DNA from: Octopus sinensis | Taxonomy: Eukaryota | Direction: 5' to 3' | DNA length: 64,000 bases | Assembly (NCBI RefSeq): GCF_006345805.1 | Contig: NC_043001.1 | Coordinates: 124,868,001-124,932,000 of the forward strand | In this document: one piece after another, positions 28,481 through 42,065 of the stretch | How the letters are laid out: every line of letters starts with the position of its first letter | Position numbering within the stretch: position 1 is the first letter of the stretch | The notes under the pieces: generated by a model | Databases searched by the model: none | What the model saw: the letters and a program-made list of their open reading frames with translations, nothing else | Told to the model about the DNA's origin: nothing | Translations under genes and position numbers: made by a program

Positions 28481-30400
28481 GCAGACACGCGTTTGCTTTT
28501 CGTGTATGTGTGTGTGTGCGCGTGTGTGTATGTGTGTTTGTGGATGTGTGCGTGTATCTGTCTGTATGTGTGTGCGTGTGATCGGCTGGTGTCTCCCGGT
28601 AATTTCCTCTGCCGCGTTGTTGCCCGGACAGGTTACAAGTGAAAATGAAAACTTTTACGGCGAAATTATAGTTTGTTGTTCTTACTATTATTGTTGCAGG
28701 CTGTTACTATTGTTACTGTTGATGCAGTTGCTGCTGCTGTTGCTGATCTTGCCGTCTGGAATTACGCCGATGTTGCTGCTGCTGCTGATGGTGGTAGTAT
28801 TAATAGCGGCGGTGGTAGTGGTGGTGGTTGTGGCGGCGGCGGCGGCGATGGCGGTAGTGGTGAACGTGATGATGGTGGTGACTAATTAGAAATGTTTATA
28901 AGGGATCCATGCAACAAAGGCTATTCAACGAATAATAAGGTGTCACAAGGTGTCTTATTTGTAGCAGTCGAGAGCAGAGATTACATCGCATGAAATACTC
29001 CAAAAAAGCATAACATCATTCCAACAACGAGGGCTTACTGGATAGTACTTGGTTTTAAGAGTATTGCTTAAAAAAGACTGTTGAAATAAGTGTGTGAATC
29101 TTAGAGTGGAATATCTCTTGTATAAAATCCGTTCTGTCTGTATGTCTGTGTGTGTGTCTTCTCGGATCTCGGGCATCCTCCATTCGATTGCGCTCAAATT
29201 TGATATGTAGATACCGACGGTATCAGGGCGTGTATAAGTCTTAAAAAATTACAAAAATCGATTCCAGGTGAGAATGCGATCGATGAAGCCGTTTTTGTCC
29301 TGCTTTTCTCCGTCAACCTGTACATAACTGCACCTTCCATTTTTTGGTTGTTGTACTGCTTAGGCACGTTTCTTTCCTGCCAAGCTTACTGTTTAAACCA
29401 TGTTTTTTGTTCTCCCCAGTCAACAGCCTTATCATTATTGGTATTTTAAACTCTTCGGTTGCAATTTGTGTGAATAAAATCGTTTTCCTTTGGAATAGAA
29501 AAAAATCTATCTTTTATTCTTTTTTGCTGGTGTCTCAATTTAGATTAATCAGTGTTTCTCAAAGGGGAGGCCTATGGGACGGTCGGACAAGTTGTTTTGA
29601 GAAAATTTGGTTTAAATGTTTGACAACTCAGCACCGTCCATTGGACGGGGGGCGTTTGGCTCTTGTTGAATAAAATCATACTTAACAGGTCCTTCTATTA
29701 GGAATTTTTCAGCACCTCCTTGTATTTTCTTTTCCACATCGATAGAAAATATCAAAATCATATGACGAATGATCGATCCACGACGGGAACATTTATTTTT
29801 TTTCTTTTGCATTTACAAGTTTTAACAAACATAAATCAAAAGCTTTGTTGGTCTGGAATGAGAATAAAATATCTCCCAAGACGTTAGATTAGCCATTGAA
29901 ATGTAGACCATGTTCGGCATTCGACCTCACTGTTAATAGAAGGGGGGTCTCAGAAGTCGGGGGTGGCGACAAGCATTTTCTCTTACGATTATACTATTTT
30001 GGGAAAATCGGTAGGTTTCAACGATGATCTTACTTTATAAGAAACAGTGAATGTAGTTTGTAGTAGGAAATATATACTCTTCACGATGAGTTATTCAGTT
30101 CTATGATGTATTCCTGGGTTACATAGCACATCTTTTATCTGATGAATTTGCAATCGTCCCATAGAATGCATTCTATTTGATGCAGCGATAGCTTTTACGT
30201 TCGGAGTTCAAACAATGACGAGTATAATAGATGGAATCTTCAAGCAAGTAACATTTGACAAAATTAAAATAGATTCGGAGCAAGTAAGCTTAAACACCGC
30301 AAAATAATGCTAAAGCATGAAATTTTGACTTAGCGTAACATTCGAACACAAAATCTGTGTATATAACAAGCAGTGATTGTTCGTATAACTTTTCAACATA

Positions 30401-31009
30401 TAGACTCAGGCGTAGCTGTGTAGTAAGAAGTTTACCTCCAAACCACGTGGTTCCGTTTTCAGTCCCACTAGGTGGCACCGTACGAAGTGTTTTCTACTTT
30501 AGCCGCGGGTTGACCAAAGCCTTGCGAGTGGATTTGGTAGATGAAAACTGAAAGAAGCCCGTCGCATATATGTTCGTGTGTGCGTGGTGTTGTGTGTGTG
30601 TGTGAGTGTGTGTGTGTGTGTGTGCGTGTGTGTGCGTGCGTGTGTGCGTGTGTGTGTGTGTGCGTCCGTGTGCGTGTGTGAGTGTGTGTGCGTGCGTGTG
30701 TGTGTGTGTGTGTGCGTGTGTGTGTGGTGTGTGTTCCTTACCACCAATTGGCATAAATCCTTATGAGTGGATTTGGTAGACAAAAACTGAAAGAAGCCCG
30801 TCGCATAAATGTTCATGTGTACGTTTGTGTGTGTGTGTGTCTGTGTGCGTGCGTGTGTGTGTGAGCGTGTGTGCGTGTGCGAGTGCGAGTGTGTGCGTGT
30901 GTGTGTGTGTGTGTGTGCGTGTGTGTGCGTGTGTGTGTTGTGTGTGTGTGTGTGTGCGTGCGTGTGTGCGTGTGCGTGCGTGTGTGTGCGTGTGTGTGTG
31001 TGTGCGTGT

Positions 31010-31041
<32 letters not shown>

Positions 31042-31240
31042 TCCTTACCACCAATTGACAACCGATATTGATTTGTTCACGTTCCGGTAAGTTAGCAGTT
31101 CGGTAAAAGAGACCGATAGAATAAGAACCAAGCTTACAAAAATACGTACAGGGATCGATTTGTGAGACAAAAGCCCTTCAAAGGCGGTGTTCCAGCATGA
31201 CCGTAGTCCAATGACTGAAACAAGTAAAATATTAGAAATA
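30401..31240 (+). mobile_element. SINE family C with internal duplication and very long (TG/CG)n tract
   Basis: GTGGATTTGGTAGA..AACTGAAAGAAGCCCGTCGCATA occurs twice (~30530 and ~30770), each followed by a TG-rich tract; tail to 31240. Confidence 0.8.
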
Positions 31241-31324
31241 AAAGATAGAGAATGCTATTTCGCGCGATTCCGAAATTGTGAAACTTAAGCTGTGATGACG
31301 TCATTACAGTGTTATCACAAAATG

Positions 31325-32066
31325 TATTTCTTTACTGCCCACAAGGGGCTAAACATAGAGGGGACAAACAAGGACAGACAAAGGGATTAAGTCGATTACA
31401 TCGACCCCAGTGGGAAACTGGTACTTTATTTATCGACCCCCGAAAGGATGAAAGGCAAAGTCGACCTCAGCGGAATTTGAACTCAGAACATAAAGACAGA
31501 CGAAATACCTATTTCTTTACTACCCGCAAGGGGCTAAGCACAGAGTGGACAAACAAGGACAGACAAAGGGATTATGTCGATTACATCGACCCCAGTGGGA
31601 AACTGGTACTTTATTTATCGACCCCCGAAAGGATGAAAGGCAAAGTCGACTTCGACGGAATTTGAACTCAGAACATAAAGACAGACGAAATACCTATTTC
31701 TTTACTACCCACAAGGGGCTAAGCACAGAGAGGACAAACAAGGACAGACAAAGGGATTATGTCGATTACATCGACCCCAGTGGGAAACTGGTACTTTATT
31801 TATCGACCCCGAAAGGATGAAAGGCAAAGTCGACCTCGGCGGAATTTGGACTCAGAACATAAAGACAGACGAAATACCTATTTCTTTACTACCCACAAGG
31901 GGCTAAGCACAGAGAGGACAAACAAGGACAGACAAACGGATTAAGTCGATTACATCGACCCCAGTGGGAAACTGGTACTTTATTTATCGACCCCCGAAAG
32001 GATGAAAGGCAAAGTCGACCTCGGCGGAATTTGAACTAACTCAGAACGTAACGACAGACGAAATAC
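31325..32066 (-). repeat. Tandem array of four ~185-bp SINE family A core units
   Basis: Unit starts TATTTCTTTACT at 31325, 31510, 31695 and 31879; units nearly identical and match the SINE at 1216 and 3323. Confidence 0.95.
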
Positions 32067-32439
32067 GACTACGCATTATGGTAACATCATCCGACTTACC
32101 AATATCAGCTTTGATAAAATTGTCACTGCTTCCACTTGTCAACTTGCAAAGCTTGCATTGATTGATGGTCTATTATGATATTAATGGGTTCACGAGATAA
32201 AGGAGGTTTCAGTAAAGCTGGGAAACTTTAGCAGACTTGAAGAAGTTATTGCGTCATAGATAGGTTTATTGCAGGTTTATAATGGGAGTCCTGTCGGTTT
32301 ATTGCCTGATTTGCAACCCTGAGAAAAATGGTCTTTTGCCTCTCACTTGGGACGACATGGCATCGCTTCATGGGCACTTTCTGCGGGAAGCGTGGGGGAT
32401 AGTAGGAATGACAGTAATGGTGGTGCGGCAGGGGTGCCG

Positions 32440-32876
32440 GTAGCGTTGTTGTTGTTTGTGGTGGTGTGGTGGTGGTGTGGTGGTGGTGGTGTTGGTGTGT
32501 TGGTGGTGGTGGTGGTGGTGGTGTGGTGGTGGTGGTGGTGGTGGTGGTGGAGATAGTATCGTTATTATCGCTGCTGTTGGTGATGATGATGATGGTGGTG
32601 GTGATGGTAGTGATGGTATGAATGCGGTGGTGGAGATGGCGTTGACAGTGGCGGAGAGATGGTGGTGTGCGATAGTGGTGGTAGTGTCTGCAGATGTTCA
32701 TATTTTCTGTAGTGGCAGTAGTAGTAGTAGTAGTAGCAGCAGCAGCACCAGTAGTAGTAGTAGTAGTAGTAGTAGTAATGGTGGTGGTGGTGGTCGTCGT
32801 CGTCGTAGTCGTCGGGGTCGTGGTAGTCGTGGTAGTCGTGGTAGTCGTGGAGGTAGTAGTAGTAGTAGTAGTAGTA

Positions 32877-32916
<40 letters not shown>

Positions 32917-33220
32917 GGTGGCGTTCGTGGTTGTAGTGGTCGTGGTAGTGGTACTAGTAGTAGTAGTAGTAGTACGAGTAGCAGCAGCAGCAACTACTAC
33001 TATGCTACTACTACAACTACTACTACTACTACTACACCTACTACTATTATTGCTACTATTACTACTACTACTATTACAGCTGTCGTTGTCATTGCTGTTG
33101 GTGGTGGTGGTGGTGGTGATGGTGGTGGTGGTGGTGATGGTGGTGGAGAGGGAACTGTGGCGGTGGAGGCAATGGTGGCGTCGATGGCGGTGGTAGTAGT
33201 AGTAGTAGTTGTCTTGGTGA
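32440..33220. repeat. Compound trinucleotide array (GGT, GAT, AGT, GTC, GCA, ACT)
   Basis: Direct reading; produces the poly-V/W/H/Y/L pseudo-ORFs. Confidence 0.95.
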
Positions 33221-33795
33221 TGTGTGCAGCTGTTGATATGTTTTTTTTTTTTTTTATTTTTGTTTTTTGTTTTTTTAATCTTTCCCCCGTTGTAGTAATT
33301 GCTGGTGTTGTTGCCGGCAGTTTTAGTTAATAACCGCCACTCTAATATTCAAATTAGTGCCCAAGGTGATAGTAAAACCCCTGCGTGACAGATATTCTCC
33401 TTTTGACCCGCACCCACGCAGAGCACACGACGCAACACTACCCACCCCCACCACCACCCACCACATTGACATAATCTCTAACAACTTGCTCGAGCATATT
33501 GTACGCTGTACTTATTCGAATCTGTATATATGTATGCATAGAAGTATGAAAAATATATACGCATGTATGTTTGTGCGTGTGTGTGTATTCTTTTATTCTT
33601 TGTTTCAGTCATTTGACTGTGGCCATGCTGGAGCACCGCCTTTAGTCAAGCAAATCGACCTCAGGACTTATTCTTTGTAAGCCTAGTACTTATTCTATCG
33701 GTCTACTATGTTACGTCCCCGTAAACACACCAGCATCGGTTGTCAAGCGGTGTTGGGGAGACAAACACTCACACTCAACAAATACACACACACAG

Positions 33796-33828
<33 letters not shown>

Positions 33829-33839
33829 TACATACATAC

Positions 33840-34135
<296 letters not shown>

Positions 34136-34138
34136 GGC

Positions 34139-34246
<108 letters not shown>

Positions 34247-34616
34247 GACGGACTTCTTTCTGCCTACCAAATCCAATCGCAAGGCTTTGGTCGGCCCGAG
34301 GCTATAGTAGAAGTCATTTGCCCAAGGTGCCACGCAGTGGGACTGAACCCGGAATCATGTTGTTGGTAAGCAAGCTACTTACCACACAGTCACTCCTATA
34401 TCCTTTTATTCTTTCACTTGTTCCAGTCATTTGATTGCAGCCATGCTGGAGCACCGCCTTGGCGGAGTCTTAGTCGAACAAATCGATCCCAAGGACATTT
34501 TCCTTTAAGTCTAGTACTTAATCTAGCGCGCTCTTTTTGCCGAACCGCTAGTTTACGGGGACATAAACACACCAACACCGGTTGTCAGGCGGTGGTGGAG
34601 GGACAAACACAGACAC

Positions 34617-34664
<48 letters not shown>

Positions 34665-35279
34665 TTTTTTGTTGTCATTCTCTTTTAGTGCCTTATTGTT
34701 TAACACACTCACCGGTAAAGTTTTCACTCATTTACTTATTTATTTTTCCTAAAATTCCCGTTGCTTCTTACAACCTCTTCAATAGTTGTTGACTCTGTCT
34801 ATTATCCGAGCTGCGTTCTTTTTGTTTGTTTGTGTGGATGTGTATGGGTCAGTGTGTGTACGCATACACATGTATGTATGTACGTATGTATGTATGTGTA
34901 TGCATGTATATATGTGTGTATGCGTATGAACATATGTATACATGTGTGTACGTTTGTATGTATGTATTCTGCATATTCATGTATTTGTGTGTTTTTATGT
35001 GTTTGTGTACCTCTGTCTCCTTGTGTCTGCATGTCTGAGTGTGTCTGTGTATGGGTTTTTGTGACTATGTACTCTGTATGTCTGGATGTGTGTCTCCATA
35101 TGTGTCCTAGTGTGATGTGAAGTGTGTGTGTATATGGTCGTGTGTTTCAGTCTTCATTTGTGTATGTATGTGTATATATGTGCTTGTCTGTTCATATTAC
35201 CCTCGTACCTATCCGTCTTTATGCCTATCCGTTTACATTCATATCTATCATTCATATCCATTTGCCTACATTCATGTGC

Positions 35280-35327
<48 letters not shown>

Positions 35328-35436
35328 CGTATACATATACACACACACACATACATACATACATCTACATAACATTCCACTAACTATTCTACCTGTATAT
35401 AAATATAAACTGTGGCTATGAGGGTATGATTACCTA

Positions 35437-36540
35437 CTATGTATGCTTCCTATTTAGTACTGGGGATGTTTCATTTATGAGGACATAGTCCCGTATATGT
35501 CTGAGGGTCGGGCCCATTGGGTTCTTGAATAAAATGCGGATGTCAAGTTGACCCAGGTTACCTCCATGTTGGCCCTTGGCCTGTTGGTAGAGTATGGAGG
35601 ACTGTTTTTTGTCGTCATGTTGTCTTAAATGTTCATTTAGTCTTTCCGCAATGCTCCGAGATGTCTCTCCAATATATCTTATGTTCATGTCTTTACCTGC
35701 TATACATCTTATTCTATTTATCTTATGCTACATTTCTAGTTCTACAGTTAATTCCAGGGTTAATCCTACATGCCATGCAGTTATCATTGGTGCATATGAT
35801 ATTCTTAAAGGGGCACGTTCTACATAGTTGTGATCTGATGGAGTTCCCGGGCTTCTCAGCAATCTTAATGTTGAGTTTAGTCTCCTTCAGAGCTTTCGTA
35901 AATCTACAGACTAATTCTCCATGGGCTGTGGCCTCTACAAACATTGCTCCTTGATATTTATCAGCTTTATACCACGTGTTCACCCTGTTTGCTTTGTCAC
36001 AAGCTCTTTGTATCCTATTCCAGTCTTTGCTTGTATATCTAGGGCAGGTATCACTGGTTTCATTACATATAATGTTATCTAACTTCTTTCTAGCACTCCT
36101 GTATACTCGAACTCTATATTTCTGATCATATACAGAGAATTGCATACGGTGCATGAAGTTCTGTACATGTCTCTTCCTTTCATAGGGTTTGCATAGTGGG
36201 GACACGTTGTTCATTATTCTAACTAAGTCTGCCAACAGTATGTTAATTTTCATGTTGTGTGACAAAGCTGAGTTCTTGTGAATAATATATTTCGAAGCTA
36301 TGGGTTTCATGAAATAGGAGTGGAGGAGCTGCTCTCTGTTGTTCACAGTCTCTAACCAAAGTTCAGTATCAAGGACGAAGATTCTATTGTTGGGGTGCCT
36401 AGTGGGGTAATCTATAGTTACCTTGATACTTTGGTGAATGGAGATAGCTATTTGCTGGGTGTTCCCCATTATGTTCCTCTCAATTTCTACATTACCGTTA
36501 CTAGAGTTGGTCTTAACTAGGATATTAATGTCGTCTACAT
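35437..36540 (-). mobile_element. Penelope-like element fragment (RT thumb and GIY-YIG), decayed
   Basis: FVLDTELW..HSYFMKPIASKYIIHKNSAL (PLE RT C-terminus); YIGETSRSIAERLNEH (GIY-YIG). Confidence 0.85.
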
Positions 36541-36569
36541 CTGTAAAATAAGAGTTGTGGACTGTTCTA

Positions 36570-36905
36570 CTAAGGATTGCTTAAATTTTCTTTAAAAAAA
36601 GGAGAAAATGGTGCAACACTTGCAAAAACATTTGTGAAGTTTATGGTGGTGATGGGGTACGTGAATCAACTGACTGAAGGGGGTTTGCAAAAATTAAAGC
36701 TGTAGAATTTAGCTAGAAAGATGACAGTCACAGTGAAAGACCTTCGAAACTGGATGAAGATATTTTGAAGGCAAAATCGAAGAAAACTCAAATATCACGA
36801 ATAGAGAACTTGCAGAGGAGTTGTAAGTTTCAAAAAGTACGGTTCATGAAGTACACAACTTTTTACATATTAAAAAACGCTCAGAACTTTCCAGGCAACC
36901 TTATA
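36570..36905 (+). mobile_element. Internally deleted mariner remnant
   Basis: CEVYGGDG..RPSKLDEDILKAKIEENSNIT.RELAEEL.VSKSTVHE (HTH region) and 3' TIR-like AAAACGCTCAGAACTTTCCAGGCAACCTTATA. Confidence 0.7.
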
Positions 36906-36929
36906 TTATGTATATGTGTATATATATAT

Positions 36930-36975
<46 letters not shown>

Positions 36976-37051
36976 ATATAATATATATATATAATATAAT
37001 ATATATAATAAATATATATATATATATATATATATTAGATATATATATATA

Positions 37052-39614
37052 TATATATTAATAAAAAGAATTCCAACCTTGTCTGATTTTCACGTTTTAT
37101 TTACAATCTTATAATGATATATTATAAGATAATATATTATAATGAATAAAAAAAATGAAATAGTAGAATGTTAAATATTCATTCTGATTGAACTAGTACT
37201 TTCATGCATTGAATTCTGCAATCTTCGGGTTCATGTAGTAGTGTTGACAATCATGCTTCACAATTTTGACTGTAAGCAAGATGAGGATTCTGTGCTATAA
37301 ATACAGCTGGGTAGGCTCCAGAGTGCTAGGTTTTGCAAACTGTATTCTGACCAATCAGTGTGTAGTATCACTCAATTACTTAAGCTGATTGGTTGGTTGA
37401 GCTGATTGGTTTAGGCATCACGCTTTGTTGGACAGGTCAAGAGTCCTGTATCTTGACCCTGGCCGAAGCAGCAATTGTTGGGTTATTTTTAGAAATGTTG
37501 TAAATATCCTTTGTCAGAGATTTTTATATTTTTATATTTCAATTGTCATCATCATCATTGTCAGCACCTTAATTATTGTTGCTAGTGGTGATGGTGGTGG
37601 CAATAGAACTTTTAACCCTAAATAAGATAATTTTCCTGCTATCTTCGTCTTGATCACCTTTAGTATTGTTGTTGTTGTTAGTGGTCATGGTCGTAGCAGT
37701 GGAAGTAATACCTCTAAGTATTATTATTATTGCTTATTTAGCTTGGGTTCGAATTTATCAATAAAATTCTTTTCTCTGATTTTCCTCTCGATTTCACTTG
37801 GGCTGTGTAATTTGTAGAATGGAAATATTATATATATTTTCCGACCACATGTTGCTAGGTGGTTACTCAAAGTATCTGACGGACCTCTGGGTCTCTAATC
37901 TGTTGCCGGTGTACACGTGAGCGTTCTAATAGTGCGTTTCCCGTCTGACCTACATATATTTCTTCACAATTTGGGCATTTGATGCAGTAAATAAATTTCT
38001 GCTTTTGCAGTTCATATTCGCGTTTGTGAATATTTTCCCGGTTTTTGTGTTTATATATTGACCGGTATGTATGAATTGGCATGTGCCACATCGGCTATCA
38101 TTGCATTTAGATACCGTGAATGTTTGGTCTTTGTTGCTGAGGTCAAATTTTGCCTTTGTTAGTAATTTTTCAAGTTTTTAGGCTGTCTTTTACTAAGCAC
38201 CATAGCTCGATCCGTGATTATGTCTTTTTAATTCATTACTTTGGGCAATGATTGGTAGTTTGCTTTGGCAATGTTGAAGATATTCTGGTGACATGGGTTG
38301 TGTGTCACTATGAATGGTATGACTTGTTCTTGTTTTCCTCTTCCTTGGGTTGTCCTAAGTTGTTGTATAGGTATTTTTATAGCCCGCTGTATGCCATTTT
38401 CTATAAGTAGAGATGGGTATTTTTGTTTGAGCAAAAATTCTCTTAGTTCTATTAGGCGTTTGTTCCTGATATTTGCATCTTCTACAATAGTACAAATTCT
38501 TCTGGCTAGGCAGTATGGGATGTTACGTTTTGTATGTGGTGGATGGCACGACTTAAAATTTAGGTATTGATGTGTGTCTGTGTGTTTATAGTATATATCT
38601 GTGGTGATGGTGGTGTCTTTTTTAATTACCATTATATCCAGGAATGGTAATTTGGTACTACTCATCTCCTTTGTAAATTGGAGAGATGGGTGTAGGTTGT
38701 TCAGGAGGATATTGAACTCTTCCAGAGTATTTAGAGATTCTGTCCAGATTATGAAACAGTCGTCTAGGTATCTCTTCCATGCCTTTTCAATATACTTTCT
38801 AAATCCAGTGCCATAGTTTACCTCCACCTCTTGGTAGAGTTGTTCTTCTAAGTATCCCATTACAGAGTTGGCGTAAACGGGAGCAAACCTCGTTCCCATC
38901 GCCGTGCCTCTAATTTGGATGTAATCTTTTCCATTGAAGAAGAATGTGTTATTTTCTAGAATAAGTTTGACTGTGTCTAATATAAATGGCACTGTGAATC
39001 TGCTGGGAATCACTTCTCTATGTTTTTCTAACCAGTATTAATCGCCTTATTCCTAAATCGTGTGGAATATTGGTGTAGAGGCTTACCACATCAAAACTTA
39101 GTAAAACTGAATTTGTTTGTTGTTTTGGGAAGATGGGACAGGAAGTCGATGTCATCCCTGATGAAACTTGTATGTAAGTACATAGTGGTTTCAAAACAAT
39201 GTCAATAAAATTGCTTAGACGGTGTGTAGGGCATGCTGGACCAGCTATAATAGGTCTAAGTTTTAGGTCTTTTGGATGTAATAATTTTATGTACTCACTT
39301 TCTTCTTGTTTTACTGCCTGTTGAATGTTTTTTGATTTGTGTATTTTTGGAAGCCGTAGAAGTTGCTGGGTTTTGGTTCAAAATTGGTGATGTAGTCTTT
39401 TTCATTATCCGTAAGTGAGTTGTGGTGTGTTGAAATCAGGTTGTTGATCTTTTTCATGATGTGGTGGTCTATATTTGCGGGTATTTCACAATAGAAGGTT
39501 GTATCCTTCATTGGTCTTCAACCAATCCTTATAGTATTCGGTATCCATAATAACAATTGCACCACCTTTATCTGCTTGTTTAATTATTATTGTTTGATCG
39601 TTTTGTATACGTTT
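37052..39614 (-). mobile_element. Penelope-like element (Neptune-type), 5'-truncated, left arm of palindrome
   Basis: Reverse complement of 39642-42203; RT (GTAMGTRFAP, RYLDD), Cys-rich linker, GIY-YIG; coding remnant 37727-39614. Confidence 0.95.
37189..37233 (-). ncRNA. Minimal hammerhead motif in PLE 3' terminal repeat (left arm)
   Basis: UGAAC-CCGAAGA-U-UGCA(GAAUUCAA)UGCA-U-GAAA-GUAC-UA-GUUCA. Confidence 0.7.
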
Positions 39615-39641
39615 TGTATACGTATGTATACGTATACATGT

Positions 39642-41528
39642 AAACGTATACAAAACGATCAAACAATAATAATTAAACAAGCAGATAAAGGTGGTGCAAT
39701 TGTTATTATGGATACCGAATACTATAAGGATTTGGTTGAAGACCAACTGAAGGATACAACCTTCTATTGTGAAATACCCGCAAATATAGACCACCACATC
39801 ATGAAAAAGATCAACAACCTGATTTCAACACACCACAACTCACTTACGGATAATGAAAACTACATCACCAATTTTGAACCAAAACCCAGCAACTTCTACG
39901 GCTTACCAAAAATACACAAATCAAAAAACATTCAACAGGCAGTAAAAGAACAAGAAAGTGAGTACATAAAATTATTACATCCAAAAGACCTAAAACTTAG
40001 ACCTATTATAGCTGGTCCAGCATGCCCTACACACCGTCTAAGCAATTTTATTGACATTGTTTTGAAACCACTATGTACTTACATACCAAGTTTCATCAGG
40101 GATGACATCGACTTCCTGTCCCATCTTCCCAAAACAACAGAAACAAATTCAGTTTTACTAAGTTTTGATGTGGTAAGCCTCTACACCAATATTCCACACG
40201 ATTTAGGAATAAAGCGATTAAATACTGGTTAGAAAAACATAGAGAAGTGATTCCCAGCAGATTCACAGTGCCATTTATATTAGACACAGTCAAACTTATT
40301 CTAGAAAATAACACATTCTTCTTCAATGGAAAGAATTACATCCAAATTAGAGGCACGGCGATGGGAACGAGGTTTGCTCCCGTTTACGCCAACTCTGTAA
40401 TGGGATACTTAGAAGAACAACTCTACCAAGAGGTGGAGGTAAACTATGGCACTGGGTTTAGAAAGTATATTGAAAAGGCATGGAAGAGATACCTAGACGA
40501 CTGTTTCATAATCTGGACAGAATCTCTAAATACTCTGGAAGAGTTCAATATCCTCCTGAACAACCTACACCCATCTCTCAATTTACAAAGGAGATGAGTA
40601 GTACCAAATTACCATTCCTGGATATAATGGTAATTAAAAAGACACCCCATCACCACAGATATATACTATAACACACAGACACACATCAATACCTAAATTT
40701 TAAGTCGTGCCATCCACCACATACAAAACGTAACATCCCATACTGCCTAGCCAGAAGAATTTGTACTATTGTAGAAGATGCAAATATCAGGAACAAACGC
40801 CTAATAGAACTAAGAGAATTTTGCTCAAACAAAAATACCCATCTCTACTTATAGAAAATGGCATACAGCGGGCTATAAAAATACCTATACAACAACTTAG
40901 GACAACCCAAGGAAGAGGAAAACAAGAACAAGTCATACCATTCATAGTGACACACAACCCCTGTCACCAGAATATCTTCAACATTGCCAAAGCAAACCTA
41001 CCAATCATTGCCCAAAGTAATGAATTAAAAGACATAATCAGGATCGAGCTATGGTGCTTAGTAAAAGACAGCCTAAAAACTTGAAAACATTACTAACAAA
41101 GGCAAAATTTGACCTCAGCAACAAAGACCAAACATTCACGGTATCTAAATGCAATGATAGCCGATGTGGCACATGCCAATTCATACATACCGGTCAATAT
41201 ATAAACACAAAACCGGAAAATATTCACAAACGCGAATATGAACTGCAAAAGCAGAAATTTAATTTACTGCATCAAATGCCCAAATTGTGAAGAAATATAT
41301 GTAGGTCAGACGGGAAACGCACTATTAGAACGCTCACGTGTACACCGGCAACAGATTAGAGACCCAGAGGTCCGTCAGATACCTTTGAGTAACCACCTAG
41401 CAACATGTGGTCGGAAAATATATATAATATTTCCATTCTACAAATTACACAGCCCAAGTGAAATCGAGAGGAAAATCAGAGAAAAGAATTTTATTGATAA
41501 ATTCGAACCCAAGCTAAATAAGCAATAA
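39642..41528 (+). pseudogene. PLE reverse transcriptase-GIY-YIG polyprotein, N-terminally truncated and frameshifted as assembled
   Basis: IIIKQADKGG, FYGLPKIHK, LRPII, SFDVVSLYTNIP, GTAMG, RYLDD, LPFLD, KCNDSRCGTC linker, LIYCIKC..IYVGQT..R..H, REKNFIDKF..LN. Confidence 0.9.
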
Positions 41529-42020
41529 TAATAATACTTAGAGGTATTACTTCCACTGCTACGACCATGACCACTAACAACAACAACAATACTAAAGGTG
41601 ATCAAGACGAAGATAGCAGGAAAATTATCTTATTTAGGGTTAAAAGTTCTATTGCCACCACCATCACCACTAGCAACAATAATTAAGGTGCTGACAATGA
41701 TGATGATGACAATTGAAATATAAAAATATAAAAATCTCTGACAAAGGATATTTACAACATTTCTAAAAATAACCCAACAATTGCTGCTTCGGCCAGGGTC
41801 AAGATACAGGACTCTTGACATGTCCAACAAAGCGTGATGCCTAAACCAATCAGCTCAACCACCAATCAGCTTAAGTAATTGAGTGATACTACACACTGAT
41901 TGGTCAGAATACAGTTTGCAAAACCTAGCACTCTGGAGCCTACCCAGCTGTATTTATAGCACAGAATCAATCATCTTGCTACAGTCAAAAATTGTGAAGC
42001 ATGATTGTCACACTACTACA

Positions 42021-42065
42021 TGAACCCGAAGATTGCAGAATTCAATGCATGAAAGTACTAGTTCA
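42021..42065 (+). ncRNA. Minimal hammerhead motif in PLE 3' terminal repeat (right arm)
   Basis: Identical to 37189-37233; stem I UGAAC/GUUCA, palindromic stem III AGUACU, CUA triplet, U4C core change. Confidence 0.7.

Noticed and set aside
27137-29080. Minus-strand mini-exon candidates (GRSEEFVIILAPE at ~27143-27180; SFLSNTLKTKYYP at ~29042-29080)
   Set aside because: Good donors but incompatible phases, weak acceptors and no recognisable protein; expected by chance in 64 kb.
31325-32066. Tandem array as a CRISPR array
   Set aside because: Whole 185-bp units repeat with no unique spacers, the context is eukaryotic, and there are no cas genes.
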